A stretch of DNA of 46,289 nt, from the sequence record DRR723986_4045; one strand, given 5' to 3'. The notes below the pieces were generated by a model. The model saw only the letters and a program-made list of their open reading frames with translations, was not told the DNA's origin and ran no database searches. Positions within the stretch are counted from its first letter, which is position 1; each line of letters begins with the position of its first letter. Below, piece by piece: positions 1 through 8,875 of this stretch. Made by a program: the position numbers and the translations under genes.

Positions 1-55
1 TCAGCCGGAAGTGAGCGCAAAAGAGAGTAGCGAATCCGGCTAAAGCCGGTACTAC
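1..55. repeat. GTAG-type REP-like palindrome, probably half of an inverted REP pair (REPIN) cut by the window edge
   Basis: 36-55 reads GTAGT-A-CCGGC-TTTA-GCCGG on the minus strand (GTAG tetramer plus 5-bp hairpin). Bases 1-8 (tcagccgg) look like the end of an inverted partner copy. Confidence 0.55.
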
Positions 56-177
56 GAACTGTGACGGGCGTTCTTACACTGCCTATTGCCAGCGAGGGAC
101 CATCAACGGACAAGAATAGCGACGCACGCTCCGTCGGAGGACAAGTCCGACGTAGTCGGGTTGTAGATATGAAGACT

Positions 178-1020
178 TCAGCAAAGGTCGAGGTCAAGCG
201 ATTCGTCCACTGCCGATGTGAGTGTTGCGGTTTCGAAGACCGCGGAAACTGCAGGTTTGCCGTACTCTGCAGCCGCGGTCCAAGTCCGAAGGTTGGGCAA
301 TAGCCTGCTGCGGCCATGGCCATGGGTGTGCCCAGATAAAACGGTCACGTTGATCTTGGGGTGCGTTCGGCACCAGCTCGTTAGAAAATCGCCGATTGCT
401 TGGCAAACGAAAAATGGTGCCCAATCGTCATCGCTAATCCTCCCCTCGTGCCAGCAAGCCTCTCGCAGAACAGGTGCATGCGTCAGGATGATGATTTGGC
501 GTGCATCCTCACACTCGGCTAGCTGTCGCTGCAAGCGCTGGCAGGCCAGCGTGCCCTCGTGATGCAATGCATCCCAAAGATCCCTACCGGAAAGCCCAAT
601 GTACTCTTCGGTCAGCGTGAAATCGCTCAAACGCACCGGTGAAGCCTGCACGTTGCCACACCTCGCATCGGCGGGCGCGTCATCACCGATCAGAGCAACG
701 CCATCGTCGACCATTATTGGGCTAGCCCCCGTTAAATACTCTAGGCGATCATCTGAACTTGATAGCGACCTAGCCGTAGCACGGACGGCTGCGAAACTTG
801 AATGGTAAAAGTCGTGGTTACCAAGGATAAAATAGAGCGGGATCTGGACACGTTCGGACAATCGTTGCAAATGCCAAAAGCAATCTTCTGCTTCAGAGAC
901 GTCGCCACCAATGAGCATGCAATCACTGCGTGTGGCCTCAGCCGCCGAGGCGAAGTCCTCCCAGGATTTCTCTGTGGCAAAGTTGAGGTGCAGGTCCGTT
1001 GCCCAGGTAATCTTGGCCAT
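178..1020 (-). CDS. Calcineurin-like metallophosphoesterase (Icc/CpdA-like)
   Basis: All five motifs are in order: TDLH, GGDVS, LGNHD, THAP, GHTH. ATG start, 280 aa. Confidence 0.88.
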   Translation of the reverse strand: MAKITWATDLHLNFATEKSWEDFASAAEATRSDCMLIGGDVSEAEDCFWHLQRLSERVQIPLYFILGNHDFYHSSFAAVRATARSLSSSDDRLEYLTGASPIMVDDGVALIGDDAPADARCGNVQASPVRLSDFTLTEEYIGLSGRDLWDALHHEGTLACQRLQRQLAECEDARQIIILTHAPVLREACWHEGRISDDDWAPFFVCQAIGDFLTSWCRTHPKINVTVLSGHTHGHGRSRLLPNLRTWTAAAEYGKPAVSAVFETATLTSAVDESLDLDLC

Positions 1021-1109
1021 TGCTGTCCCGATACCTCCCGGGGCGATCCATGTTGAAAAGCGTTCTACATCATTCTGAACTGGTTGCGGGCTGATTGCGC
1101 GACCGAATG

Positions 1110-1148
1110 AAAAAAGGAGAGACGCCCCTAGCCGGTGCGCCTCTCCTT
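1110..1148 (-). terminator. Rho-independent terminator of pnp
   Basis: Minus strand GGAGAGGCGC-(11 nt loop)-GCGTCTCTCC followed by T6, about 55 nt after the pnp stop. Confidence 0.85.
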
Positions 1149-1204
1149 GATGAATATTAACGCCTGCCGTTTATTCAGCAAGCGAACTCTTGGCAAACAG
1201 TCGG

Positions 1205-3523
1205 TTATCGTCGCGAACGACCGCCGCGATCGCCACCACGGTCTCCACCACCACGTCGTCCGCCGCCACCACCGCGGGAGTCTCGTCCACGACCACCACG
1301 GTCGCCACCGCGATCGCCTCGGTCACCACGATCTCCTCTGTCGCCCCTATCGCCACGGTCTCCTCTATCGCCGCGTTCACCACGCTCTGGCCGCTCGCCG
1401 TCACCGTCTTCATCGGAGGCAAATTCATCTTCGATGCCGAGTTCTTCGAGTGCCTTTCGGCGACTGAGCTTAACTCGATCTTGCTCGTCGATGTCGATAA
1501 CGATCACCTTCATCGGATCGCCAACTTTGCAGATGTCGTCGACACTGGAGACATACCCGCTGGACAGCTCACTGATGTGAACCAGACCATCACGACCTGG
1601 CAGGATTTCAACGAAGGCACCAAAGTCGCGAACGCTGCTGACGATACCATCGTAGATCTTACCGATCTGTGCTGTCGCCGTGCAAGCTTCAACTCGCGAC
1701 ATGGCCGACTTGGCTGCGTCACCGCTGCTTGCCGATACGACAACGGTACCGTCATCGTCCACATCGATATTCGCGCCGGTTTCTTCCTGGATAGCGCGAA
1801 TATTCTTACCACCTGGGCCGATGAGCAAGCCGATCTTCTCGGGGTCGATCTGCGTGCGAAGCAGGCGTGGTGCATAAGGGCTGGTTTCCTTGCGAGGACG
1901 ACCAATGGTGGTGATCATCTTACGAAGGATTTCCATGCGTGCTTCGCGAGCTTGCTTGAGGGTCGCGCGAATAATCTCTTCGCTGATCCCATCAATCTTC
2001 AGGTCAAGCTGAATGCCAGTGATCCCCTCAGGGGTTCCCGCCACTTTGAAGTCCATATCGCCGAAGTGATCTTCGTCCCCGATGATGTCGGTCAATAAGA
2101 CCCACTTCTGGTCGTCTTCTTTGACGATACCGATACTGATGCCTGCAACTGGGTTAGCGATTGGCACGCCGGCTGCCATCAATCCGAGAGTGGCACCACA
2201 AACGCTGGCCATTGATGATGAACCGTTGGATTCGGTGATGTCACTGATGACTCGAATTGTGTAAGGGAAATCTTCTGCGTCCGGAACAACGGGGGCGACA
2301 GATCGTTCGGCCAGTGCACCGTGACCAATTTCACGTCGACCTGGGCCGCGGATTGGCCGACATTCGCCAACGGAGTAGGACGGGAAGTTGTAGTCCAGCA
2401 TGAACTTCTTGCTGTACTCATCGACCAATCCATCAACGCGTTGTTCATCTCGGCTGGTTCCGAGAGTTACGGTTACCAAGGACTGCGTTTCACCACGCTG
2501 GAACATGGCTGAACCGTGTGTGCGAGGCAGCAGGTCAGTTTCGCATTCGATGTGGCGAAGGCTACTGTGATCTCGGCCATCGGGACGCGTGCCGCCAAGG
2601 ATCAGGTCGCGAACAACCTCGTGCTCCAGGTCGTGCCATGCTGTCTTGAAGGCATCGTCTGTGTAGGCGCCATCGGCAGCCGGATCAGGGATCATTTCCG
2701 CCTTGGCTTGTTCCTTCAATTCGCTGACGGCAACCCCACGAGCTTGCTTGCCTTCAGTTTGCTTGGCAGCACGATAGCGATCGTAGTAGGCGTCTTTGAG
2801 TTTGCCGAGGAGACCATTGTCCTCTGGAGCAACGTAGTCAACCTTTTCTGGTTGAACGCGATCGGTGAGTTCATTGATCAGCTCAATAACCTCTTTGACG
2901 ACCGTGTGAGCGTAGGCGATTGCCTCAGCCATTTCGGGTTCTGGCATTTCTTGTGCGAAGCCCTCGATCATGAGGATCGACTTCTCGCTACCGGAGATGA
3001 TCAGATCTAGCTCGCTCTCTTCCAGTTGTTCGCTGGTTGGGAACGCGATCAATTCACCATCAACCTTTGCAACGCGAACCGAAGCAATAGGGCCTTGGAA
3101 CGGCAGTGAGCTAGTCGCCAAAGCGGCCGCGGCACCGTTCATTGCAATGACATCTCCGTCGTTGAGCAGGTCACTACTCAAGACAGCACTTTGAATCTGT
3201 ACTTCGTCGTTGAAACCCTTCGGAAATAACGGACGAATCGGGCGGTCCATCAAACGGCTTGTCAGCGTTTCCTTGGTCGTCGGGCGGCCTTCACGCTTTA
3301 GGAAGCCACCTGGGAATTTACCTGCCGCGGCCATTCGCTCACGGTAATCGCAGGTCAACGGGAAGAAGTCGGTGCCTGGGCGAGATGGGCCCGTTGCAAC
3401 CGCTGTCAGTACAACTGTGTCTCCGTACTGAGCCAAAACGCTACCAGCAGCCTGCTTTGCAAGCTGCCCAGTCTCGAACGAGAGGGTCTGGGCGCCAATT
3501 TTCTTTTCTACTCGAATCTTCAC
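1205..3523 (-). CDS. pnp: Polyribonucleotide nucleotidyltransferase (PNPase)
   Basis: Two RNase PH domains (FFPLTCDYRE, GKFPGGFLKREGRP, RREIGHGALAERS, SNGSSSMASVCG, EDHFGDMDFKVAGT), KH (IGPGGKNIRAI) and S1 (FGAFVEILPGRDGLVHISEL). GTG start, downstream of rpsO. Confidence 0.99.
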   Translation of the reverse strand: MKIRVEKKIGAQTLSFETGQLAKQAAGSVLAQYGDTVVLTAVATGPSRPGTDFFPLTCDYRERMAAAGKFPGGFLKREGRPTTKETLTSRLMDRPIRPLFPKGFNDEVQIQSAVLSSDLLNDGDVIAMNGAAAALATSSLPFQGPIASVRVAKVDGELIAFPTSEQLEESELDLIISGSEKSILMIEGFAQEMPEPEMAEAIAYAHTVVKEVIELINELTDRVQPEKVDYVAPEDNGLLGKLKDAYYDRYRAAKQTEGKQARGVAVSELKEQAKAEMIPDPAADGAYTDDAFKTAWHDLEHEVVRDLILGGTRPDGRDHSSLRHIECETDLLPRTHGSAMFQRGETQSLVTVTLGTSRDEQRVDGLVDEYSKKFMLDYNFPSYSVGECRPIRGPGRREIGHGALAERSVAPVVPDAEDFPYTIRVISDITESNGSSSMASVCGATLGLMAAGVPIANPVAGISIGIVKEDDQKWVLLTDIIGDEDHFGDMDFKVAGTPEGITGIQLDLKIDGISEEIIRATLKQAREARMEILRKMITTIGRPRKETSPYAPRLLRTQIDPEKIGLLIGPGGKNIRAIQEETGANIDVDDDGTVVVSASSGDAAKSAMSRVEACTATAQIGKIYDGIVSSVRDFGAFVEILPGRDGLVHISELSSGYVSSVDDICKVGDPMKVIVIDIDEQDRVKLSRRKALEELGIEDEFASDEDGDGERPERGERGDRGDRGDRGDRGDRGDRGDRGGDRGGRGRDSRGGGGGRRGGGDRGGDRGGRSRR
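1310..1372 (-). repeat. (Gly-Asp-Arg)x7 coding repeat in the low-complexity C-terminal tail of PNPase
   Basis: 21 codons read directly as GDR x7, followed by GGDRGG/RGG units. Confidence 0.9.
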
Positions 3524-3571
3524 TACAACAATCCTAAAACTACAACTACTTCAACAACAATCACATCAAAG

Positions 3572-3614
3572 GCAGAGCGAAAATCAAACTAAGATCTCAT
3601 CCGACTTGCTCTGC
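3572..3614 (-). promoter_or_regulatory. Long G.U-rich hairpin in the pnp 5' leader
   Basis: Minus strand GCAGAGC...GCTCTGC outer stem with inner AAGTCGGAT/GTTTGATTT pairing that works only on the mRNA strand, about 50 nt upstream of the pnp start. Confidence 0.5.
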
Positions 3615-4074
3615 GAACATGGGTTCATCAGTCGGTAAGATCGTGCCTCCAAAGCCCGCTCTAAGTGAGGGACAGTCGGGGCGATTGTGCAGAAGAAGCA
3701 ACGTGCTCTCTAGTGAGCGACGCCGACAAATCTGCGGTGTACAAAAGATGCCATGCGGTACAGCATGGACGCGTGGGTGGAGAAAATCTGCGAAGAGTCG
3801 ACGCGCAAGCCGCTAGCAAGCGCTCGCAACGCCTAGTCCGCTTCCAAGCAAGACGCATATTCATCCTTGCGTAAGGTTGATCTGGCGAGTCAGAAATGCG
3901 ACGGAGTCGCAGAAAGTGCACCAAATCAAGCAGCTCCCATTTTGGTTGGACTACCAGGAGAGCATTGCGTACCAGAGGCAGGAACCGCGTGGGCGAGTTC
4001 CTGTGTCGAATTTCCGGCAAGCCAAGCTCCGCAGCTCGCCGTAATGATCGTCGAGCTCTGAGTAACAGAGTCGA

Positions 4075-4344
4075 CTATTTTCGAATACCCAACTTGGCTA
4101 GCAAATCAAGGTATTGCTGTGGATCGTGGCGACGAACGTAGTCTAGCAAGCCACGTCGACGGCTAACCATCCGCAGTAGACCTCGGCGAGAAGCATAGTC
4201 CTTCTTGTTGGACCGCATATGCTCGGTGAGGTGGTTAATTCGCTTGGTAAGGATTGCAATCTGCACAGCGGACGAACCTGTATCGCCGTCCTTTGTCTTG
4301 AATTCGCCGATTGCTTGCTGCTTGAGCTCTTTCGTCGTCGTCAT
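4075..4344 (-). CDS. rpsO: 30S ribosomal protein S15
   Basis: 89 aa with [36 protein letters not shown]; rpsO-pnp synteny. Confidence 0.99.
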   Translation of the reverse strand: MTTTKELKQQAIGEFKTKDGDTGSSAVQIAILTKRINHLTEHMRSNKKDYASRRGLLRMVSRRRGLLDYVRRHDPQQYLDLLAKLGIRK

Positions 4345-4384
4345 AACTTAACTAGTCAAACTTCACGAGATGTTTCGAACTGAA

Positions 4385-4422
4385 CGCCTTGCCCGCAGGG
4401 AACTGTCCCTGGCAAACCGGCG
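4385..4422 (-). promoter_or_regulatory. Structured rpsO leader (candidate S15 autoregulatory element)
   Basis: Nested pairing on the minus strand: CGCC/GGCG, TTGCC/GGCAA, then AGGGA-CAGT-TCCCT, 40 nt upstream of the rpsO ATG. Confidence 0.5.
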
Positions 4423-4478
4423 CATGAATATGAGTACGTTTATCGACCAATCTAGGCCTAGCGGCGCGTAATTCGAGA

Positions 4479-4506
4479 ATCCTATCCGAATCTCGCCGGG
4501 AAACAA
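4479..4506 (-). promoter_or_regulatory. Putative sigma70-type promoter for rpsO(-pnp)
   Basis: Minus strand TTGTTT-16 nt-TAGGAT. Confidence 0.45.
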
Positions 4507-4867
4507 GCTCAGATTTCCAGATTCCCGGCATCCCCGCCAGGCAGACAGTCGCAGCGCGGCGGATAATCAGAACCGGCGCTGCAGCTAAGGTCCGAAGCCC
4601 ACCGGTTGTCGCGTCACTCAGAATCGAGGCTCGTCAGATACCGGGCCGACTTCAGGCAGTATGAGCCGCAAATGACCTCGGCACCACGCCCTTTGCCATT
4701 GGGCCAGACCAAAATAGAATCGGAAGGAGTTGAGATTGCCACCCCCAATGCATTAGTACGGCCGGACGTTCGCACTCTCAGCCTTCTCCAGCTTCCATAA
4801 ACCATTGAAGGCGACAGCCGTGTTTCGATCCATCACCCGCCGACCGTTGCGGCTTCGTACCACAAAA

Positions 4868-5878
4868 ATGCTGAGGTTGCTGCCTTCACGTCAGAATTTC
4901 TTAGGACTAATCGCGGTAGGCTTCTTCGCCATCGGGCTTTTCCCTGGCAAGAATTGCAGCTCGGCCGCGTTTGCTCAGTCGACCAAGACCGGGCAGAGCA
5001 AGCAACAATCTGGCGGAACAGAGGCGGCCAAGGCGACCTCTGGGCGTCAAAAGCAAAAGAAGCAGCAGCCATTTCGTTGGGTCAATAAACCCAAGAGCCT
5101 GCCCGAGGGCGTCAAGCATGGGACATTCGTCAGTCCGTCGATGCAGGTGGATGTCGGCTACTGTATCTATCTTCCTCCGGCTTACGAGCAGCAAGCGGCC
5201 AAGCGTTTCCCGGTCGTTTACTACCTGCATGGTGGCCGACCAGGCAGTGAAGCGAAGTCACTAAGAATCGCTTCTTTCGTGCACCAGCAAATCAGCGCCG
5301 GCGACCTGCCTCCCGTCATTTATGTCTTCGTTAACGGTGGTCCGGTCAGTCACTACAACATGCCCAACCGCAAGGATGCTCAGGGGGCTGACGTATTCGT
5401 CAAGGAATTGATTCCGCATATCGACGGGAATTTTCGGACGATTGCGGACAGAAAAGGCCGTGGCATCGAAGGTTTCTCACAGGGTGGGCGTGGAACAACG
5501 CGGCTAGCGTTTCGGTACCCCGAGTTGTTTTGCAGCGCGGCACCGGGAGGGGCTGGGCATGCAACCGAAAAGCGAATCTCAATGGAAGGCGGACGAGAGA
5601 GCGATACGCTTGTGTTTGCCGAGGGCGACAACACGTACGATTTGGCACGCAAACACGCCGCATCACCAGAGCCCAAAATCGCGGTGCAGATTCACGTCGG
5701 CACCAAGGGCTTCAACTACGAGAACAACCTGGCCTACATGGAGTTCCTCGACTCACTGAAAATCCCTTACACGAAAGTCATTGTCGAAGGTGCACCGCAT
5801 AGTGCTGCGAAAATTTACGAAGCCAAGGGCCCAGAAATCATGCGTTTTCATGCCAAGAATTTTGGGCTCATTGATTAG
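4868..5878 (+). CDS. Secreted alpha/beta-hydrolase, putative esterase family (Fes/XynZ feruloyl-esterase-like)
   Basis: YCIYLPP, PVVYYLHG, DVFVKELIPHID, nucleophile elbow GFSQGG, C-terminal GAPH. Signal-peptide-like N-terminus from ATG 4868; the ORF track extends to TTG 4805. Confidence 0.85.
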   Translation: MLRLLPSRQNFLGLIAVGFFAIGLFPGKNCSSAAFAQSTKTGQSKQQSGGTEAAKATSGRQKQKKQQPFRWVNKPKSLPEGVKHGTFVSPSMQVDVGYCIYLPPAYEQQAAKRFPVVYYLHGGRPGSEAKSLRIASFVHQQISAGDLPPVIYVFVNGGPVSHYNMPNRKDAQGADVFVKELIPHIDGNFRTIADRKGRGIEGFSQGGRGTTRLAFRYPELFCSAAPGGAGHATEKRISMEGGRESDTLVFAEGDNTYDLARKHAASPEPKIAVQIHVGTKGFNYENNLAYMEFLDSLKIPYTKVIVEGAPHSAAKIYEAKGPEIMRFHAKNFGLID

Positions 5879-5988
5879 TCCCCACGAAGCTTCGTCGCAA
5901 TCTGACTTGACTAATTGGTGCTTCGGTGTTCAGCCGTTGACCAGCAGCAGAGTGACACTGGCGGTGACAGCTTCTTAAGGCCTGTCGT

Positions 5989-6447
5989 TCAGAGACCTTG
6001 CATTTGTTGACGAAAGTCGAACCTTAAGTCGGCGTGCATCTTTTCGATTGCTTTGTGGACTTTCTTGATTTGCCCCAAGTACATGTTGTGCATCGCGGTT
6101 GTGTCCGCGTACGGCGTTTGGCTGTTGCGCAGCGCATGGCAAAAATGAATGCGGACTTGAGCCTCGGTTTCTTTGTTGCCAGAAAACCGCAACCACTTAT
6201 CCATCCAACGGATAACCTTCCGAACGGTTTTTCGGTGCATCCGCGGAGTCTCCTCGAAGAAGACATCAATTTCACCACACAGATAGCCAGCGTACTCAGG
6301 TTCATCAGCTGATAAGAACAGCAGATATGTTAGAAGTTCTTTGTTATCCTTCTTGAACCGAGCGAGGCGCAGGCAGGCCTCGAGCAGTTCGCTCTGGTCA
6401 AGCTGTGCGAGGGCTTTCTTTAGTTCCGCTATGGATGCTGCTTGCAT
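5989..6447 (-). CDS. Conserved hypothetical helical protein
   Basis: 152 aa, ATG start, co-directional with and 41 bp after the ArsI-like gene. The motif CLRLARFKKDNKELLTYLLF resembles a hypothetical family I recall mainly from Bacteroidota. Confidence 0.75.
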   Translation of the reverse strand: MQAASIAELKKALAQLDQSELLEACLRLARFKKDNKELLTYLLFLSADEPEYAGYLCGEIDVFFEETPRMHRKTVRKVIRWMDKWLRFSGNKETEAQVRIHFCHALRNSQTPYADTTAMHNMYLGQIKKVHKAIEKMHADLRFDFRQQMQGL

Positions 6448-6488
6448 GACAAAACAATCAAATCAACCCAGGGGGAGGCAGCGGAGAT

Positions 6489-6962
6489 CTAGTTTGCCTT
6501 TAACTGCACGACACTGGGGCTGCAGCACCCTGATTGTTCGTACAGTTCATCTTTTGCATCAGCGTCCAGCACGACGAAGATTTCCCACTTGTGGCCGTCG
6601 GGATCAACAACCCAAACTTTGTCTTGCACCGCGTAACAGCAAGTCGTCGCTTCTTCGGTGATTGTCTCCACTCCCGCAGCCTTAAATCGTTCCAGAGCGG
6701 AATGTACGGCGGCAACCGATTTGACTTGGATTCCAAAGTGTGCTGAGCCAGACGGTGCTGACACCTCGGCGTCAATCTCATTCAATGCGAGATTTACACT
6801 CGGATCTTTGGGCTCAAACTTCGCATAGCGCGGACGCTGCTTCACAGGCGGTTCGCCGAACAGCAACTGGTAAAAGCTAGTCGCAGCCTTCACGTTGGAA
6901 ACATTCAAGGCAACGTGTATTCTGAAGTCACCAGCAAAATCGACGGCAGATTCGTTCTTCAT
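6489..6962 (-). CDS. ArsI/CadI family VOC (glyoxalase-fold) metalloenzyme
   Basis: RIHVALNV, YAKF, HFGIQV, TTCCYAVQDKVWVVDPDGHKWEIF, i.e. His/His/Glu metal triad plus vicinal Cys-Cys. Likely start ATG 6962. Confidence 0.9.
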   Translation of the reverse strand: MKNESAVDFAGDFRIHVALNVSNVKAATSFYQLLFGEPPVKQRPRYAKFEPKDPSVNLALNEIDAEVSAPSGSAHFGIQVKSVAAVHSALERFKAAGVETITEEATTCCYAVQDKVWVVDPDGHKWEIFVVLDADAKDELYEQSGCCSPSVVQLKAN

Positions 6963-7259
6963 TGCACAGATCGCATTCAAGGCATAGGAATTAACGTTGG
7001 TCGCTCACGAAAGTAGCTGGCGACCCAGTCTAGTATACGCCCAATACCGTGAACTCACAGCCACGATCTTCCCGCCGCTTGCACGCTGCGGCCGCCGATA
7101 GGACTTGCCATGGCGAGTTCGATACCGTCAATCGCAGATGCAACGAGGTTACTACATTGCTGGCAAGCAAGCGGGCCGCTGAACTGCTAAACTGCGGGGT
7201 GGATAAGCCATGTAAACCTGTCACGACCGGGATTCGCACAAAACAGGAGGAGATTTGAA

Positions 7260-7523
7260 ATGGACTGGTCTGACTTTGACACCACCGTACATCAACTCAA
7301 ACGCCCGCTTTTGGTCGTCTCGGGCTCGAAGGGCTGCCTGTCGTGCGGCTACCTAAACATCGCTTCATTCGAACGCAACGGCGATGCTGGTGCGATCGTG
7401 CGTGGAGTTGATACGTTTGACGATATGCTCGACGCCGAGATCCAGCAAGTTAGCCCACTGGCTGAAAAACTGGGTGTCACCGTCGGCATGAAGGGACGCG
7501 AAGCCCTTGAACTCTTCAGATAG
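7260..7523 (+). CDS. YunC family protein (DUF1805)
   Basis: PLLVV..KG.L.CGYLN, A.VRGV.TFDDML.A.I, LGV..GM.GREAL. Strong SD AGGAGG upstream. Confidence 0.85.
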   Translation: MDWSDFDTTVHQLKRPLLVVSGSKGCLSCGYLNIASFERNGDAGAIVRGVDTFDDMLDAEIQQVSPLAEKLGVTVGMKGREALELFR

Positions 7524-8808
7524 CCAGGCGAAGGAAAGCTTGGACCAGGCAGGTGAACACTTCGAGAAGCCGGAGCTTGTGTCTTCGGCAGGGCTTCACC
7601 CTGGGCGAACCCGGTGGGTGCAAGCGCCTGTGATCCCTCGCGTGCACCAGTGGATCCGCGACAATCCAAGAGCGATTTCGCTCGCCCAAGGCGCGGTTTC
7701 CTATCCGCCACCAGAAGCGGTGCTGAGTGCCGCTCGCGATATCATCAGCAGCGGCGAATTCTCACAGTCGAATTCCTATGGCCCAGTTGCAGGTATCGAG
7801 CCACTTCGGCAGGCGATCTTGCAAGAGCTTCGCTGTGAGAAGGACTTCGACATGCGTGGCCGCACAACTTTCTGCACCGCCGGGTCGAACATGGCGTTCC
7901 TGGCTTCCATCCTGTCGATCACGAATCCGGATGATGAGGTCATCCTGATCTCGCCTTATTACTTCAATCACGAGATGGCTGTTCGTATTGCCGGTTGCCG
8001 CCTGAAGATTGTTCCAGCCCGAAGCGATTTTCAGCCCGATGTGCTAGCGATTGAACAGGCGATTACACCTAAGACGCGAGCGGTCGTCAGTGTCTCGCCC
8101 AACAATCCAACCGGAGTCGTCTATCGTCCAGAAGAAATCCAGGCAATAAACCGCCTCTGTCGCCGACGCGAGATTTACCATATCCACGATGAAGCCTACG
8201 AGTATTTCGTCTTTGACGAGGCACGTCACTTTTCGCCACTCGAAATCCCAGACAGCCACCCCCACACCATCAGCCTGTTCTCGCTGTCAAAAGCCTACGG
8301 GATGGCCGGGTGGCGGATTGGCTACGGCGTCTTCCCAGAACACCTTGAAACGCCGCTTTTGAAAGTGCAGGACACTAATCTAATTTGCCCGACCGTTTTC
8401 TCGCAGCTCTTGGCCGTCGAAGCACTGAAATCTGGCGGAGCTTGGTGCCGACAGCGGGTAAACGAACTTGCCACCGTGCGATCAGACGTGTTAACGGGGC
8501 TGCGGCGCATCGATGAATTGCGGATTGCTCCGAGCGACGGAGCTCTCTATTTTATGGTAGCGATGACGAGCAACCTAACAGACCTGGAAATCGTTCAAAG
8601 GCTCATATGCGACTTCGGGGTCGCCGTCTTGCCAGGCAGTACGTTTGGCCAAGGTGCCGCAAAAACTGCGGGCTCGTCGACCGGTGGCTCAATGTCTGCC
8701 GAAAACGATTCGCGTTTCCTGCGGATTTCCTTTGGCGGCGTAAAGCCGAACGAGGTTGCCGAGGCGATATCGAGGCTAAGCCAAGGCCTCGGAGAGCTGG
8801 CCAAATAA
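7507..8808 (+). CDS. PLP-dependent aminotransferase class I/II; start uncertain (TTG 7507, TTG 7540 or a later GTG)
   Basis: SPNNPTGVVY, HDEAY, PLP-lysine motif SLSKAYGMAGWRIG, C-terminal LRISF. Confidence 0.92.
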   Translation: MNSSDSQAKESLDQAGEHFEKPELVSSAGLHPGRTRWVQAPVIPRVHQWIRDNPRAISLAQGAVSYPPPEAVLSAARDIISSGEFSQSNSYGPVAGIEPLRQAILQELRCEKDFDMRGRTTFCTAGSNMAFLASILSITNPDDEVILISPYYFNHEMAVRIAGCRLKIVPARSDFQPDVLAIEQAITPKTRAVVSVSPNNPTGVVYRPEEIQAINRLCRRREIYHIHDEAYEYFVFDEARHFSPLEIPDSHPHTISLFSLSKAYGMAGWRIGYGVFPEHLETPLLKVQDTNLICPTVFSQLLAVEALKSGGAWCRQRVNELATVRSDVLTGLRRIDELRIAPSDGALYFMVAMTSNLTDLEIVQRLICDFGVAVLPGSTFGQGAAKTAGSSTGGSMSAENDSRFLRISFGGVKPNEVAEAISRLSQGLGELAK

Positions 8809-8875
8809 CCGTTTGCATATCGCAACATCAGGACGCCGCAGGGGCGGCAGCGCAAAACTGTAAAAGAGTGAACAC

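Noticed and set aside
1190-2098. 302-aa plus-strand ORF with a Thr/Ser/Ala-rich, mucin-like N-terminus
   Set aside because: It is the codon-aligned antisense shadow of pnp; the T/A/S/V-rich part is just the reverse complement of the GDR/RGG tail.
3661-4020. 119-aa ORF between rpsO and pnp
   Set aside because: Arg/Cys-rich, no recognisable motif or SD; several equally weak ORFs overlap in other frames.
4606-4805. Two opposite 63-64 aa ORFs upstream of the esterase
   Set aside because: No motifs or ribosome-binding site; more likely promoter/UTR sequence.
7507-7523. Possible programmed frameshift fusing YunC to the aminotransferase
   Set aside because: No slippery sequence, YunC ends at its normal family C-terminus, and in-frame TTG/GTG starts explain the second gene.
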